Shown here: positions 42,220 through 55,248 of the stretch, piece after piece
How positions within the stretch are numbered: the stretch's first letter is position 1
Layout: the number at the start of each line of letters is the position of its first letter
Assembly (NCBI RefSeq): GCF_001194135.2
Contig: NC_068982.1
Coordinates: 173,013,333-173,077,332 of the forward strand
Length of the DNA stretch: 64,000 nt
Reading direction: 5' to 3'
DNA from: Octopus bimaculoides
Lineage: Eukaryota
Notes under the pieces: generated by a model
Told to the model about the DNA's origin: nothing
The model's input: the letters and a program-made list of their open reading frames with translations, nothing else
Database searches by the model: none
Made by a program: the position numbers and the translations under genes

Positions 42220-44029
42220 GGAAGGAAGTGGTATTCTGAGGTTAAGAGCTATTAAATACCAAACCATGTGGTGATGTGTTCAATCTGTGCAATATCTTAT
42301 TTGAAACTTTTTTTCTCGGAAAGTCGTTTATGAGTGGTTGTCTGTGTTTGTGATAATTTGTAACTGTGAAGAGCTAGCTATTAAATCCTGAACCATCTCT
42401 CCATGAGTTCAATCATTTTCTCACTTGTTTACAATAAATAAATGATTACTGTACTGTACTGCCCCACTGCACTTTCCCCTCCCCTCGCTCTTTATTCTTT
42501 CTGCTAATTTAGCTTTATTTTGGAAACAATTTTCCCATTATGAATAGCACTGCGAATAATAGGAACAGCATAATCTTCTCCACCCTCCTCAAAGGAATGA
42601 AAAAAAATTGTCAGATCTACACATAGCATATATATCTACACATGTTGAAACAACCTGTATAGATATACATGCTATGTAGAGGTTCGAGATAAGTCTGGTA
42701 TCAACGTTTGTTTCAATATTTTGTCTTGTTAATTTTATCAAAAAGTGTACCCCCAAATTAACTTGTCACCATTAAAGCAGCGTTTTACAGCCAAAGTCCT
42801 TCCAAGTATGAATCCTTTATTTGCCTGTTACAAAATACAGGGATGTAGTGTACTTATTCTAAAAACTAGAATGCACTCTGTTCCTGTCGTTTATTGTTGT
42901 ATAAGGGTCAGTGGATGGCATGATTGCTAGTAGCACCAAACAGAGAGATGTTGATATCTTAGTTGATGCTCATGGACATATAAGAGGTATACCTCATTTC
43001 ACCAAGGAGTATTTGAAAGAAGGATGTTTTAGTGTATTCACAGCTTAACAACACACAAGTAGAAATGCAAACACTGGCAAACGAAGAAAAAAAATCAGAC
43101 ATTTACAGTGAAAATATACCATAACTTGAATATAGTAGTTAAACGTTTCAAATGAAAGACAAAATTAGCTTGATGAAAGCAGAAAGTATTTTCGTAGGTA
43201 AGTTTTCTAGTCATGAGTGTTTTGTAACAAGAAACTTTAATCATCTTAAAAATTTGAAAGTTCATCAGCGCCATCCTTCTCAGATCACATCATTTTTGGT
43301 GTTGGTATGAATGTCTTCAAATAATGCTTCATATTTAGTGCCATCAAGTGTATTAAAAATCCCATACTTGTTAAAAGCTTTCACAGTAATTTCATTTTCT
43401 ACTCTTTCCCTAGATTTCTTCCCTGCCTTCCACACCTATGGAACATTGCGACATCCACACTGTTTCATGTTTTTGCATGCAGTTTTGAAATAGTGTGTGT
43501 GTGTGTGTGTGTGTGCATGCACACGTATTTATAAGTTACAATAGGCCTGTTAGACCACCAGAATGACAACTACTGGCAAGTTCTCTGTTCTGCTGCTTTT
43601 TTTTAAGGCTTCAGTTTTGTGTACCCTGAACTGATTCCTAAACCAGAATATTGTTTTTAGGTCAAGTTTTTCATGTCAATATTAAATATTGTGGTAGTTT
43701 TGTGCCATCAGCACAACAGGCTGGAACTATTGTAGTGTCTCCATTTTCTTATTCAAATCCTATCAAGGCCGACTTGGTTGTTCTAATTTCCAGGATCAAT
43801 GAAACAAGTACTGGGTTGGAGTTGATATAATTGATCGCTCTCCTGCCCACCTCACCAGCTGTTTATGTAATAAATTATCATCATCATTGTATCTTCAAAC
43901 ACTGACACATATATGGCACAGTTGCTGCTGTCTAGATCACAGCAATGTTTTGGGGTTATGATCCAACCCCCCTTTTTGGAAAAAATTTAAAGAATTGAAT
44001 TTTAAAAAAAATGACAGGCTTCGTTGTGT

Positions 44030-44335
44030 GGTAAGAAGCTTGCTTCCCAACTACACATGGTCCTGGGTTCAGTCCCACTACGTGACACCTTGGGCAAGTG
44101 TCTTCTATTATAGTCTCAGGCCAACCAACGCCTTGTGAGTGGATTTGTAGATGGAAGCTTAAAGAACCCCCTCATATATATGAATATATGTATATATTTA
44201 TGTGCATCTATCTTTGTCCCCTCGTCATCACTTGACAACCAATGCTGGTGTGTTTATGTCCCCAAAACCCTTTAAGGTAGTGCTCCAGTATGGCCACAGT
44301 CAAATGACTGAAGCAAGTAAAAGAATAAAAGAATA
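44030..44335 (+). mobile_element. SINE family A copy
   Basis: gtgtggtaagaagcttgcttcccaac head through ccagtatggccacagtcaaatgactgaa tail. Confidence 0.75.
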
Positions 44336-46081
44336 TTATACATATATTGAGTACAAATTTGGAATATCCCACCCTTGATTTTCACCAGTTATACAAACAA
44401 TGTTCCTTATATTTGTTATCTGGTATGACAAAAGATATAATAAATAAGTGATGCATAGTAGATGTAGATATAACTTCCATTAATTATGATAAGGAGACGG
44501 AATATGAAAAGTTACTTCAGAAAGTAAAACTGCTACCCACTGTACTTTGATTAAAGTAAGTATTCTTGAAAATTTAGAGTTCTCTGAATTTATCCTGGTA
44601 GAATAACAGTTGAAGAATCCCAAACATTTCTTTCTTAACATATTTTAGATTTGCTTCCATTGTTTCTTGAAGACTAGATTCTTCTAGATGTATACATAAT
44701 GTAACGAGTGGGTCTTTTAGATGTAAAGACCTCAAATATTAATGTAACTTTTAGTTCAGCGAGAAAAAGCAGGCTCTTTTGTCCAGACAGAAATAGCAAC
44801 CAACTCTCTCTCTCAAATCACATCTCACTGTATTGAGAGAGGAAAAGAGGAAATGGATAATGTATGTGATCCTAGATATAATTCTAAAAAGCCAACAGTA
44901 GGATTGGTTGTTTGCTCAAATGCCTTTTGTCATAGGGTTTGTTCATCAACCAGGGCTGATCTGGAGTTAAACCGACACCTCCAGAGTTCACAAGGTTGCA
45001 AGTTTTCAGGTTAGATCCCCCCCCCCCAGTTCCCTTCCTACCTGGGTTTGTAATGCTGGCATTGACCTGTAGATGTTCAGGCCAAGCATCAACCTCTTCA
45101 ATCTCAGCAGCCAACCTAAGAGGGCCTGAAAAGGTCATGGGAACTGCCCCTCCTCCCCTAACTAGCTCACAACACACACACACACACATTATTAACATGG
45201 TGAAAATCTGGGTTTGATCATTCCTGAGTGATTTAATATTAGAAACACAAAGCAAGCAAATAGTGCTAAATTAGTCTGAACAGTACTTTTACATTCATAT
45301 ATATATATATATTTAAGTATTCCATCTCTTATACAAATATTTTATTATTATGAACCAGTAGTTTATGTGTTCTTGATATATAGTTTAAATCCTTGCTAAT
45401 CTTATTAACTGCAAAGATTATTATCTACAGTGGTGGATTAGAGGAGAAAAACCATTTGTATTCAATTGCTATATTGTTTAGATTGAAATGAATTGCATTT
45501 GGCTGGATTTCATCTGTATTCACCTTAGCAGGGATCTCTGTGGCTCTGATGTTTGAATCTATTTAGGTATAGACAGATAGATAAGTGGACAATAGTCTGT
45601 TGGCTTAGACAGAGTTGATAGATTGACAAACAGCATAAACTATTGACAGATTGATTCATTCTACCTTCAGCTTGATTAACTGATAAGATGTAGAATGGAT
45701 GGATGAATAGTTTGTTAAATGAATTGATCGATGTACTAGCTGTGGAATACATCAACAAATAGAGAAGAAATACATAAATGTGTATAGAAAAATAGTCGAA
45801 TTTCGAAATGAAACGTCTTTATGTTAAAGATGTCAGTGAATTGGCATATTTTGATAGAAAGTAATAAACAGAGAAATGGTAGATGGTATAAATGCAAGAT
45901 CTCAGTTAACATATATGTGTGTGTGTGTGTTTCTCTCTCTCTGAAGAGATAGTCTGAATAAAAGATTTGACACAGAAAATGTATATAAGATAGTATGAAT
46001 AAAAAATTTGGCACAGAAATGTATATTATTGTATTGCTGCTACTGAGCATTGTAAATAAATTTCACTTATGAACTAAATGA

Positions 46082-46135
<54 letters not shown>

Positions 46136-46179
46136 AATTATAAACCTTTACACATACATACTCACTCTCACCAACCTTA

Positions 46180-47110
46180 CTTTTCAAAATCTAGTGATAA
46201 ATTCACTAGTAAGTTGCCTTGCCATACCTATTCCCTTCCTCATTCCTGAGGGTCGGGAACCATGGACATATGCATCACTTCCCTCTGTCAATTCTTGCCT
46301 TTCGCCATGGTTGTACATTCCATTCAGTCTTAGGTCTTCCAGTCCATTCTTTGAAGACATTATCATGACAGGAAATCATATAATTCGCTCTTCTGCGTTG
46401 TTTGCTGTTCCCCATCCAAATTTTCTGCTCACCCTTATATCTGTCAATCTTGTTCTTTACTTCAAGCATTGAAGTCTCCTGCAATACTTGGCATTGGACC
46501 TAGGTACTTGGATTCATTCATAGAACACTTGTATTTGATTCTCATTTGTGTCTGTGGATGGAGTATAAACCTGGAGAAACGAAAGGTTTAGAACTTTGAT
46601 ACATGTGTATATAAGCTTCTCATTAATTGGTTGATACAAGATCATATTGAGTAGCCTCTTGTGAAAGGAGAACTCCCATTCTTACTGTTCTATTCCTGAG
46701 TACATGATTAGGTCACCATCTGCTTTAGTGAAATGTCTGCATTCCAATCTAGAGGTCAAGTATGTTGATTTTATATCTCTTTTCTTGGGTGACATTATAC
46801 AGTTTTCTTGCCTGGTATAATACTTGAGCATTCCAAGTTCTTTTCCATACAGTGATTGTCTTATTGTCTTCTCTTATCAGCATCAGACCTTCTGCTGTGC
46901 CAGGTTGAGTTTAACATGTTACTTATTCGATGGCTTAATGAAAGTATAAAAAAGCTCCCTCTAACTTTTTCTACAGTTGGGTCTCCATCAGAAAGTTAGT
47001 TTGGAGTGGGGAATGCATGATTTATGAGTTGCTATGGTCAGAAGCTGTGCATTTCTATATCAAGTTGTCCTGAATTTTCCAGAGTCATTGCCTGAATGCT
47101 TGCACTGGGG
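46180..47110 (-). mobile_element. Degenerate RTE-clade LINE fragment (APE endonuclease region)
   Basis: Minus-strand translation with stops and frameshifts gives DLIMYSG, YQPINEKLI, SFLQVYTPSTDTNENQIQVFYE and WMGNSKQRR..CHDNVF, resembling the RTE APE motifs IYSG, QVYAPT, GDFNAKVG and G.GNRN.RG. Confidence 0.75.
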
Positions 47111-47344
47111 GAACTCTATTACAAGAACAAGGGTTAGGTCTAATTCACCCTTTACTGCTAATACCTTGATAACCATCCTCTAGATGTGGCAGGAAGCCAT
47201 CAAAACACAAAGGGACTCTAAAAAGCACAAAGGCAAAGCAGAAAATTTAACTCTTTCACCACATGTAAAGTTTAGCCATGAAAAACTGCACACATACACA
47301 AATAATTAAGCAGACTAGTTGTAAATTATAAACTAAGTAATTAG

Positions 47345-47899
47345 CACATTATTTACATTATTTACATTTGACAGATATTTGTCCTCATCTTTGTTGTTAA
47401 CACGTTTCGGCTGATATACCCTCCAGCCTTCTTCAGGTGTCTTGGGGAAATTTTGAACCTGGGTTCTATTTCCAAGGTATTTTTTGATGTTATTATTATT
47501 ATTATTATTATTATTGTTGTTGTTGTTCAGGTCACTGCTTGGAATCGAACTTGGAATCTTGGAGTTAGTAGTCTGTGCTCTTAACCACTACGACATATGC
47601 CCGTGGGTTAACCACTACACCATATGCCCGTGGGCATATGTCGTAGTGGTTAAGAGCGCAGGCTACTAACTCCAAGATTCTGAGTTCGATCCCAAGCAGC
47701 GACCTGAACAATAATAATAATAATAATAATAACATCAAAAAGTACCTTAGGAATGAGAATCCTGGTTCGAAATTTCCCCCAAGACACCTGAAGAAGGCTG
47801 GAGGGTATATCAGCTGAAACGTGTTAACAACAAACAAGATGAGGACAAATATCCGTCGATTATAAATAATGTACATAATTCCTCATCTTTTAAATATAG
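47345..47899. mobile_element. Palindromic non-autonomous element: head-to-head tRNA-like heads, (AAT)n linkers, hammerhead-like arms, 14-bp TSD
   Basis: Arms about 47365-47630 and 47631-47860 are reverse complements around the axis catatgccc-gt-gggcatatg (47621-47640). AACTAAGTAATTAG is a direct repeat at 47331-47344 and 47900-47913. Confidence 0.85.
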
Positions 47900-48424
47900 A
47901 ACTAAGTAATTAGTATTAACTGTTGTAGTAATGAGTAAAGAAATTGAAGGGTAGCTTCTTGGTGGTGGTGGTGGTGGTGATTAGTAAATTCATTATTAAT
48001 CTGCTCACCTTAACCACTTCTCACTAATCTTAAACCTAGCTGAAGTAATCAATATTTCAGGTGATGATGGTGTTGTGATAAAGATGGTTGAGCACTGGAC
48101 TGAACACCTGGCTGTATTTACTTTGCTTTCTCTATAATCTTATGCAAATCCGGCAAAAGTACAAGAATTGGGGAACTGTTTTTCATCCTTTGTCCAGTTG
48201 ATTGAAATAAAATGGATTAGTAATGAACAAAGATTTTCCATTTCATTATCAATGTTCGATTTTGTTTCCTGGAAACCAGTGAATTAATAAAGTTGTTTAA
48301 CTTTTTATAAATTTCTTTTTTTTTTACTCACAAGAATATGGCAGGAGTAAATTGTGGAATCTATTATTAGGCAAGATAAAAGTGTCAATAATAATAATAA
48401 TCATAATAATGGTGATGATTTCCA

Positions 48425-49470
<1,046 letters not shown>

Positions 49471-50329
49471 TGGCCATCAGAAAACTTACAATAAATTAGC
49501 CACAAGGAGCGGGGGGGGGGGGACATACCTCTCAGTTTTCAAAATTTTCATCCCCCTGCCTCCATATAATAAAACTTTGTATAACAATCATGCTAATCCA
49601 TATGGATATGGATTAAGAAAATAGCTGCTGCACAACAAAGAAAGATGTATAATAATAATAATAACAACAACAGCAACATATGAATGTGCCAGTCAATTAT
49701 TTTGGTTTTTTTTGTTTTTTTTCTTACTTTTTTTTTTAGGGTAAAATAACCCCCTTCCAAGTAAATAGAGCTATGTTCTCTTAGTAATTGTCTCCTGGCA
49801 GCTCATCATCTGTCTCTCTTTCTCTCTGTTGCCAGCCAATTAAAAGTGAATCCTTTCTGTGGCTTTTCTCATCTCTCTTCCTTTGTCAGCAGTTTGAAAT
49901 AGCTTAAGCATTTTGTTATTGTTGTCAAGATGTCTAAGGTGAGGAAGAGTGGGCAATAATACNNNNNNNNNNNNNNNNNNNNNNNNNNNNNNNNNNNNNN
50001 NNNNNNNNNNNNNNNNNNNNNNNNNNNNNNNNNNNNNNNNNNNNNNNNNNNNNNNNNNNNNNNNNNNNNNNNNNNNNNNNNNNNNNNNNNNTTGAAGACC
50101 AATTAAGATCTCATTTTTGGTGATAAAACTCTAAATTTCTCAGTGCATCACCCCTCCACCTCTCTTCCTCCTCCCCCCTCTTAAATTTTTGTTGGAGGGG
50201 GTGGGCGTGGGGGTGGTTGATGCTTATCTTTGCTTAGAGGCATTTTTATTGTAAGGTTTCAAAGTGTATATGAATGCATGTATAAATGTCTAGCTTCTGT
50301 ATCTGTCAATCATTTTCATAAAGCCAGTA

Positions 50330-50336
50330 TCTTTCA

Positions 50337-50393
<57 letters not shown>

Positions 50394-50606
50394 GCGCACA
50401 GCCTGTCTTTCTTTCATGTTGTCAGTTTCAATCTCATTCTCCACATCAGTGTTATCACTTTCCATATCTCTCCCTCTCTCCCTCTCTCTCTGTGCTTATT
50501 TGAACCATTTTCACCCCTTCCTGCCTCTATCTCTGTTTCCAGCTCTGTCTGTTAGAAGCCTTTTCACCCCCTCCTGCCTCTCTCTCTCTCTCTGTGTCTT
50601 TCTGTC

Positions 50607-50639
<33 letters not shown>

Positions 50640-50683
50640 GTCTTTCTGTTTCTGTCTGTCTGTCTGTCTCTCTCTCTCTTTCA

Positions 50684-50760
<77 letters not shown>

Positions 50761-51094
50761 NNNNNNNNNNNNNNNNNNNNNNNNNNNNNNNNNNNNNNNN
50801 NNNNNNNNNNNNNNNNNNNNNNNNNNNNNNNNNNNNNNNNNNNNNNNNNNNNNNNNNNNNNNNNNNNNNNNNNNNNNNNNNNNNNNNNNNNNNNNNNNNN
50901 NNNNNNNNNNNNNNNNNNNNNNNNNNNNNNNNNNNNNNNNNNNNNNNNNNNNNNNNNNNNNNNNNNNNNNNNNNNNNNNNNNNNNNNNNNNNNNNNNNNN
51001 NNNNNNNNNNNNNNNNNNNNNNNNNNNNNNNNNNNNNNNNNNNNNNNNNNNNNNNNNNNNNNNNNNNNNNNNNNNNNNNNNNNNNNNNNNNNNN

Positions 51095-51175
<81 letters not shown>
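50330..51175. repeat. (CT)n microsatellite field spanning an assembly gap
   Basis: Direct reading; N-run at 50761-51094. Confidence 0.95.
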
Positions 51176-51733
51176 GCCCGCTCGCTCTCTGTTAGAAGCC
51201 TTTTCACCCCCTCCTGCCTCTACTCTCTCGCATACATGCATCATCCTGCCAACTGCTGACACAGCTGCATTGTGTTGCACACCCAGCAACTAGCATCAGT
51301 TGCACTATCAACCATTTGATTCACTGGCATGTGAACCTTGTGATGCTTACGTGACGTCACCAAGGCCAGTCAGCATCTTCTACTTTGGGCTGCATGAGAG
51401 GGTTTTTCCAACGCTATGACAACAACAATATGCATTCGCTATGTTCATACACGTCAACAAGGGAGAGGCATAGTCAATTGAATATATCCCCAGCATATGA
51501 CTGGTGGCTTCATTAACTGTTGATGTAAAATCCTCTTGGGCGTGATTTGCATTCCCAAAATGCTGTAAGATGTTTATTTGATTTAGCACATGTGGCATTT
51601 ATTATTATCAGTTTATTGTTGAATAACAGAATAACAGAATACTGGAATAACAATAGTTATATAATTGTAATTGGTGGTGATGTATTAATGATTTATACCA
51701 TAAGGTACGACAGTATGAATTGGTTGTGAGGAA

Positions 51734-51779
<46 letters not shown>

Positions 51780-51780
<1 letters not shown>

Positions 51781-52995
51781 AGGCATGGCTGTGTGGTAAG
51801 AAGCTTGCTTCCCAACCACATGGTTCTGGGTTCAGTCCCTCTGTGTGGCACCTTCGGTGAGTGTTCTCTAATATAACCTTGGACCGAACAAAGCCTTGTG
51901 AGTGGATTTGGTAGACAGAAACTGAAAGAAGCCCATCACACACACACACATAAATGTATGTGTCTTTGTGTCTGTGATTGCTCCCCAACACTGCTTGACA
52001 ACCAGTGTTGGTGTGTTTACATCCCCGTCACTTAGTGGTTAGAGAATGTATTTTGTCTCCCATTTTACTGATTCTGCCAGTCAAATACCCTGTTGGTGGT
52101 GATTATATCTATTTCACCAACATTACTGAGATTGATTGTAATGAGGCAAAAGCCAGCCTTTGTGACGTGTGGTATAAAGAGTTTGTAGTTGATAGAATCT
52201 GCCTCAGTATGTTACAGGTACTTACAGAACTTGAAGAATACGTGCATATATGCTGTAGTGGCCAAAAGTTTGGAACATTTTTTAGAAAAATTAAACTTAT
52301 GCACAATTTGATTCAAATATAACCATGAGCAGCTGTATATATGCACACATCTACACATTTAAACATATGTATTATTACGAATACTCAGTCAAGTTTATGT
52401 ATAATGATGTACGCTTGGAAAACAGAAATATTAGGCGACCATTGGTTCTAGGCTGGGTCTCTATAGAATCTTCAATCTCTCAGTTGTCTGTCAAGAAGTA
52501 AGACAGCCTGACATGCCATCTCTCTGTCTCCAGGTTATTAGCTACATGTTAGAATTAGATGTATGTGGAGGAGGAGAGGAGGCTCTGTTAAGTGAAATGG
52601 CTCAGGCCGGAATTGAACCTGCATTATAAAATCCCCTTTCACATGCTTATGGCTGTGTGGTTAGAAGCTTGCTTCCCAACCACATGGTTCTGGGTTCAGT
52701 CCCACCGTGTGACACCTTGGGCAAGTGTCTTTTACTGTAGTCCCATGCTGACCAAAGACTTGTGAGTGGATTTGGTAGACGGAAACTGAAAGAAGCCTGT
52801 CGTGTGTGTGTGTGTGTCTTTGTGCCTCACCCTATCATTGCTTGATAACCGATGTTGGTGTTTTTATGCCCCTGTAACTTAGTAGTTCAGCAAAAGCGAC
52901 CAATAGAATAAGTCCTGGGGCTGATTTCTTCAACTGAGAAAACTTTTAATAAGACAGTGCTCTGACATGACTGTAGTCAGATGGCTGAAACAAGT
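51780..52995 (+). mobile_element. Two SINE family A copies (about 51780-52040 and 52645-52995)
   Basis: Both carry the family A head, CORE-like segment and internal (GT)/(CA) tract. Further partial copies at about 603-845, 31770-32110, 54640-54870 and 56200-56360. Confidence 0.75.
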
Positions 52996-53115
52996 AAAAG
53001 AATATATATATATACATGGACATATATATATATATTTCATAGATGAGATCCAAATGTTTTCCACATAGAATACGGTTTGTAGTGCTCAAGCGATTCAAAC
53101 TTGAGTAGATATAGA

Positions 53116-53219
53116 AGTAAATGCAAGGAAAACAAGTTAGACAGATCAATATATAAAGTATATATAGTGATTTTAATATACTTTATATATTGATCTGTCT
53201 AAATTTCCTTACATTTACT
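53116..53219. repeat. 104-bp near-perfect hairpin (MITE-like or fold-back)
   Basis: Perfect 27-bp arms at 53137-53163 and 53176-53202 with a 12-nt loop; outer 16-bp arms at 53116-53131 and 53204-53219 with one mismatch. Confidence 0.85.
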
Positions 53220-53224
53220 ACTAG

Positions 53225-53270
<46 letters not shown>

Positions 53271-53419
53271 TTATACACATTTATGTGTGTATTACTGATA
53301 TTATTTTGTTCTATATATTCCTGTGTTGTGTATATATTTAGTAACAAGAAAAATATCTTGCATAGCTCTGCTGGTTCACATTTAATAATTGCTAGCTGCA
53401 TTCTTTATTCTGTTCACCA

Positions 53420-53975
53420 CCACCACCACCACTGCCAGAGTCACCCTTCTTTGTTGGGTCTTCCTCACACCACCACCACCACCACCACCACTAATGATGG
53501 CTTATTTATGTAGATAGATAGATAGATAGATAGATAATCTCTGTTATTGCTGTTAACTTCAAGAAACACTACAGCGGCATGGAGGACAAACAACAGTACC
53601 ATTAACAACAACAACAACATTAACAGCACTGTCAACAATATTGCTACCACCGCAACCACCACCACCACCACCACTGAACCACAGCAGTAGCCAACAACAC
53701 TACCACTGCTACTATCATTATTGACAGAAGTGACAATAGCACCAATCACAACTTTATCACCACCACCATTACTACTGCTGCTGCTACTACTACTACTACT
53801 ACTACTACTATAATCAATGCTGCTAACTCCTCCAGTTGGTGTTTCATTTGTTTGTAATTTAGTAATTATCTTTGTGATGGTGGTGGTGGTGGTGGTTGTG
53901 CTTGTGTCATTCTCAGGGTATAGTGGTATAATGTGTGTGGTTGAAGTTAATGGTGGTGGTGGTGGTGGCATGTAA
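53420..53975. repeat. Mixed trinucleotide low-complexity region (CAC/CAA/TAC/GGT)
   Basis: Direct reading; source of the 168-aa poly-T/S/P/V ORF. Confidence 0.85.
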
Positions 53976-55210
53976 TAGTTAGTAGTTTTGGAATGATTAG
54001 TGAATAGTTAGTGGTGTTGGTGAGTGAATGGTGTTTGGTGCTGGCTAATGCTAATGTTGGTGTGTGTGTGTGTGTGTGTGTGATAGTAGTATTTAGCAAG
54101 TATTTTGAAGTATGTGTGGTGGTGTTGCTTTTAGTGAGGGTAATTGTTAATTTGCCACTGGGCTGTCCAAAAAAGTTTAGCTTTTACCGCGGTGGCCTTG
54201 TTATTTGATTTCTAATGCTGGTATTGGTGTTACTAGTTGTTTACCTACCCATTTATATACTTACCTATTTATACGCATTACTACCTAAAGTGGACCAACA
54301 GGGAGTGTCTATGGAAACACTCAGCCTGCTAGAAATAACAACCAAATTTCTCAAATTACACCCTATTATTACCTTTTTTTTTTTTGTTTCTTTTAGTAAA
54401 GGATATATTGTACTTACAGTCACTGACTGATACATAAAAGGATGGGATGGTTATGGCTGGACTGTCTTTGATCATCGATCTACTTGTTCAAAGTTGACAT
54501 GGAGTTAACAGCAGTAACAGCTACCTGTGTGTGTGTGTGTGTGTTAGAAATATTAAATAAAGGCTTAGCCATGTGGTTACATCGTTATACTGAACTCTCA
54601 TCGAATTCTTCCTACCTTGATACCACTGGCACTGTCTCACACTTTTTTTTGTGTATATGTTTGTGTGTCTGTGTTTGTCCCCCCCAACATCGCTTGACAA
54701 TCGATGCTGGTGTGTTTACGTCCCCGTAACTTAGCGGTTTAGCAAAAGAACCTGTTAGAATAAGTACTAGGCTTACAATGAATAAGTCCTGGGATCGATT
54801 TGCTCGACTAAAGCCGGTACTCCAGCATGGCCACAGTCAAATGACCGAAACAAATGAAAGAGTAAAAGTGTTTTTTTAATGTTATGTCCTACAAGTTTAT
54901 AAATTTATTTAGAAATGGTTATTTTGGGGAAAGTTACTACCAGCTCTTGTCTAGTCATTGAAGTTAGTAATACTGATTTTAAATTCTGGCTGAAGGCCAG
55001 CAATTTTTTTTTTTTTTTGGTGGGGGGAATAAATTGATTACATTGACCCCCAGGTGATCACCTGGGAAATAAGTGCTGTAAGCAAACCTTTCACAAGGTT
55101 GTGTGCTGAAATAAATGTTAGTGTATGGGACAAAATTCTTAGTGGTATTTCTTTCATCGCTTTATGTTCTGAGTTCAAATGCTGCCAAGGTCAGCTTTGC
55201 TTTCAATTCT

Positions 55211-55248
<38 letters not shown>

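Noticed and set aside
47632-47706. tRNA gene
   Set aside because: A and B boxes are present but there is no clean acceptor stem; it is part of a palindromic repeat element. The same applies to all SINE heads.
53465-53971. 168-aa minus-strand ORF with poly-P/T/S/V
   Set aside because: Explained by trinucleotide low-complexity DNA; no domain or splice support.
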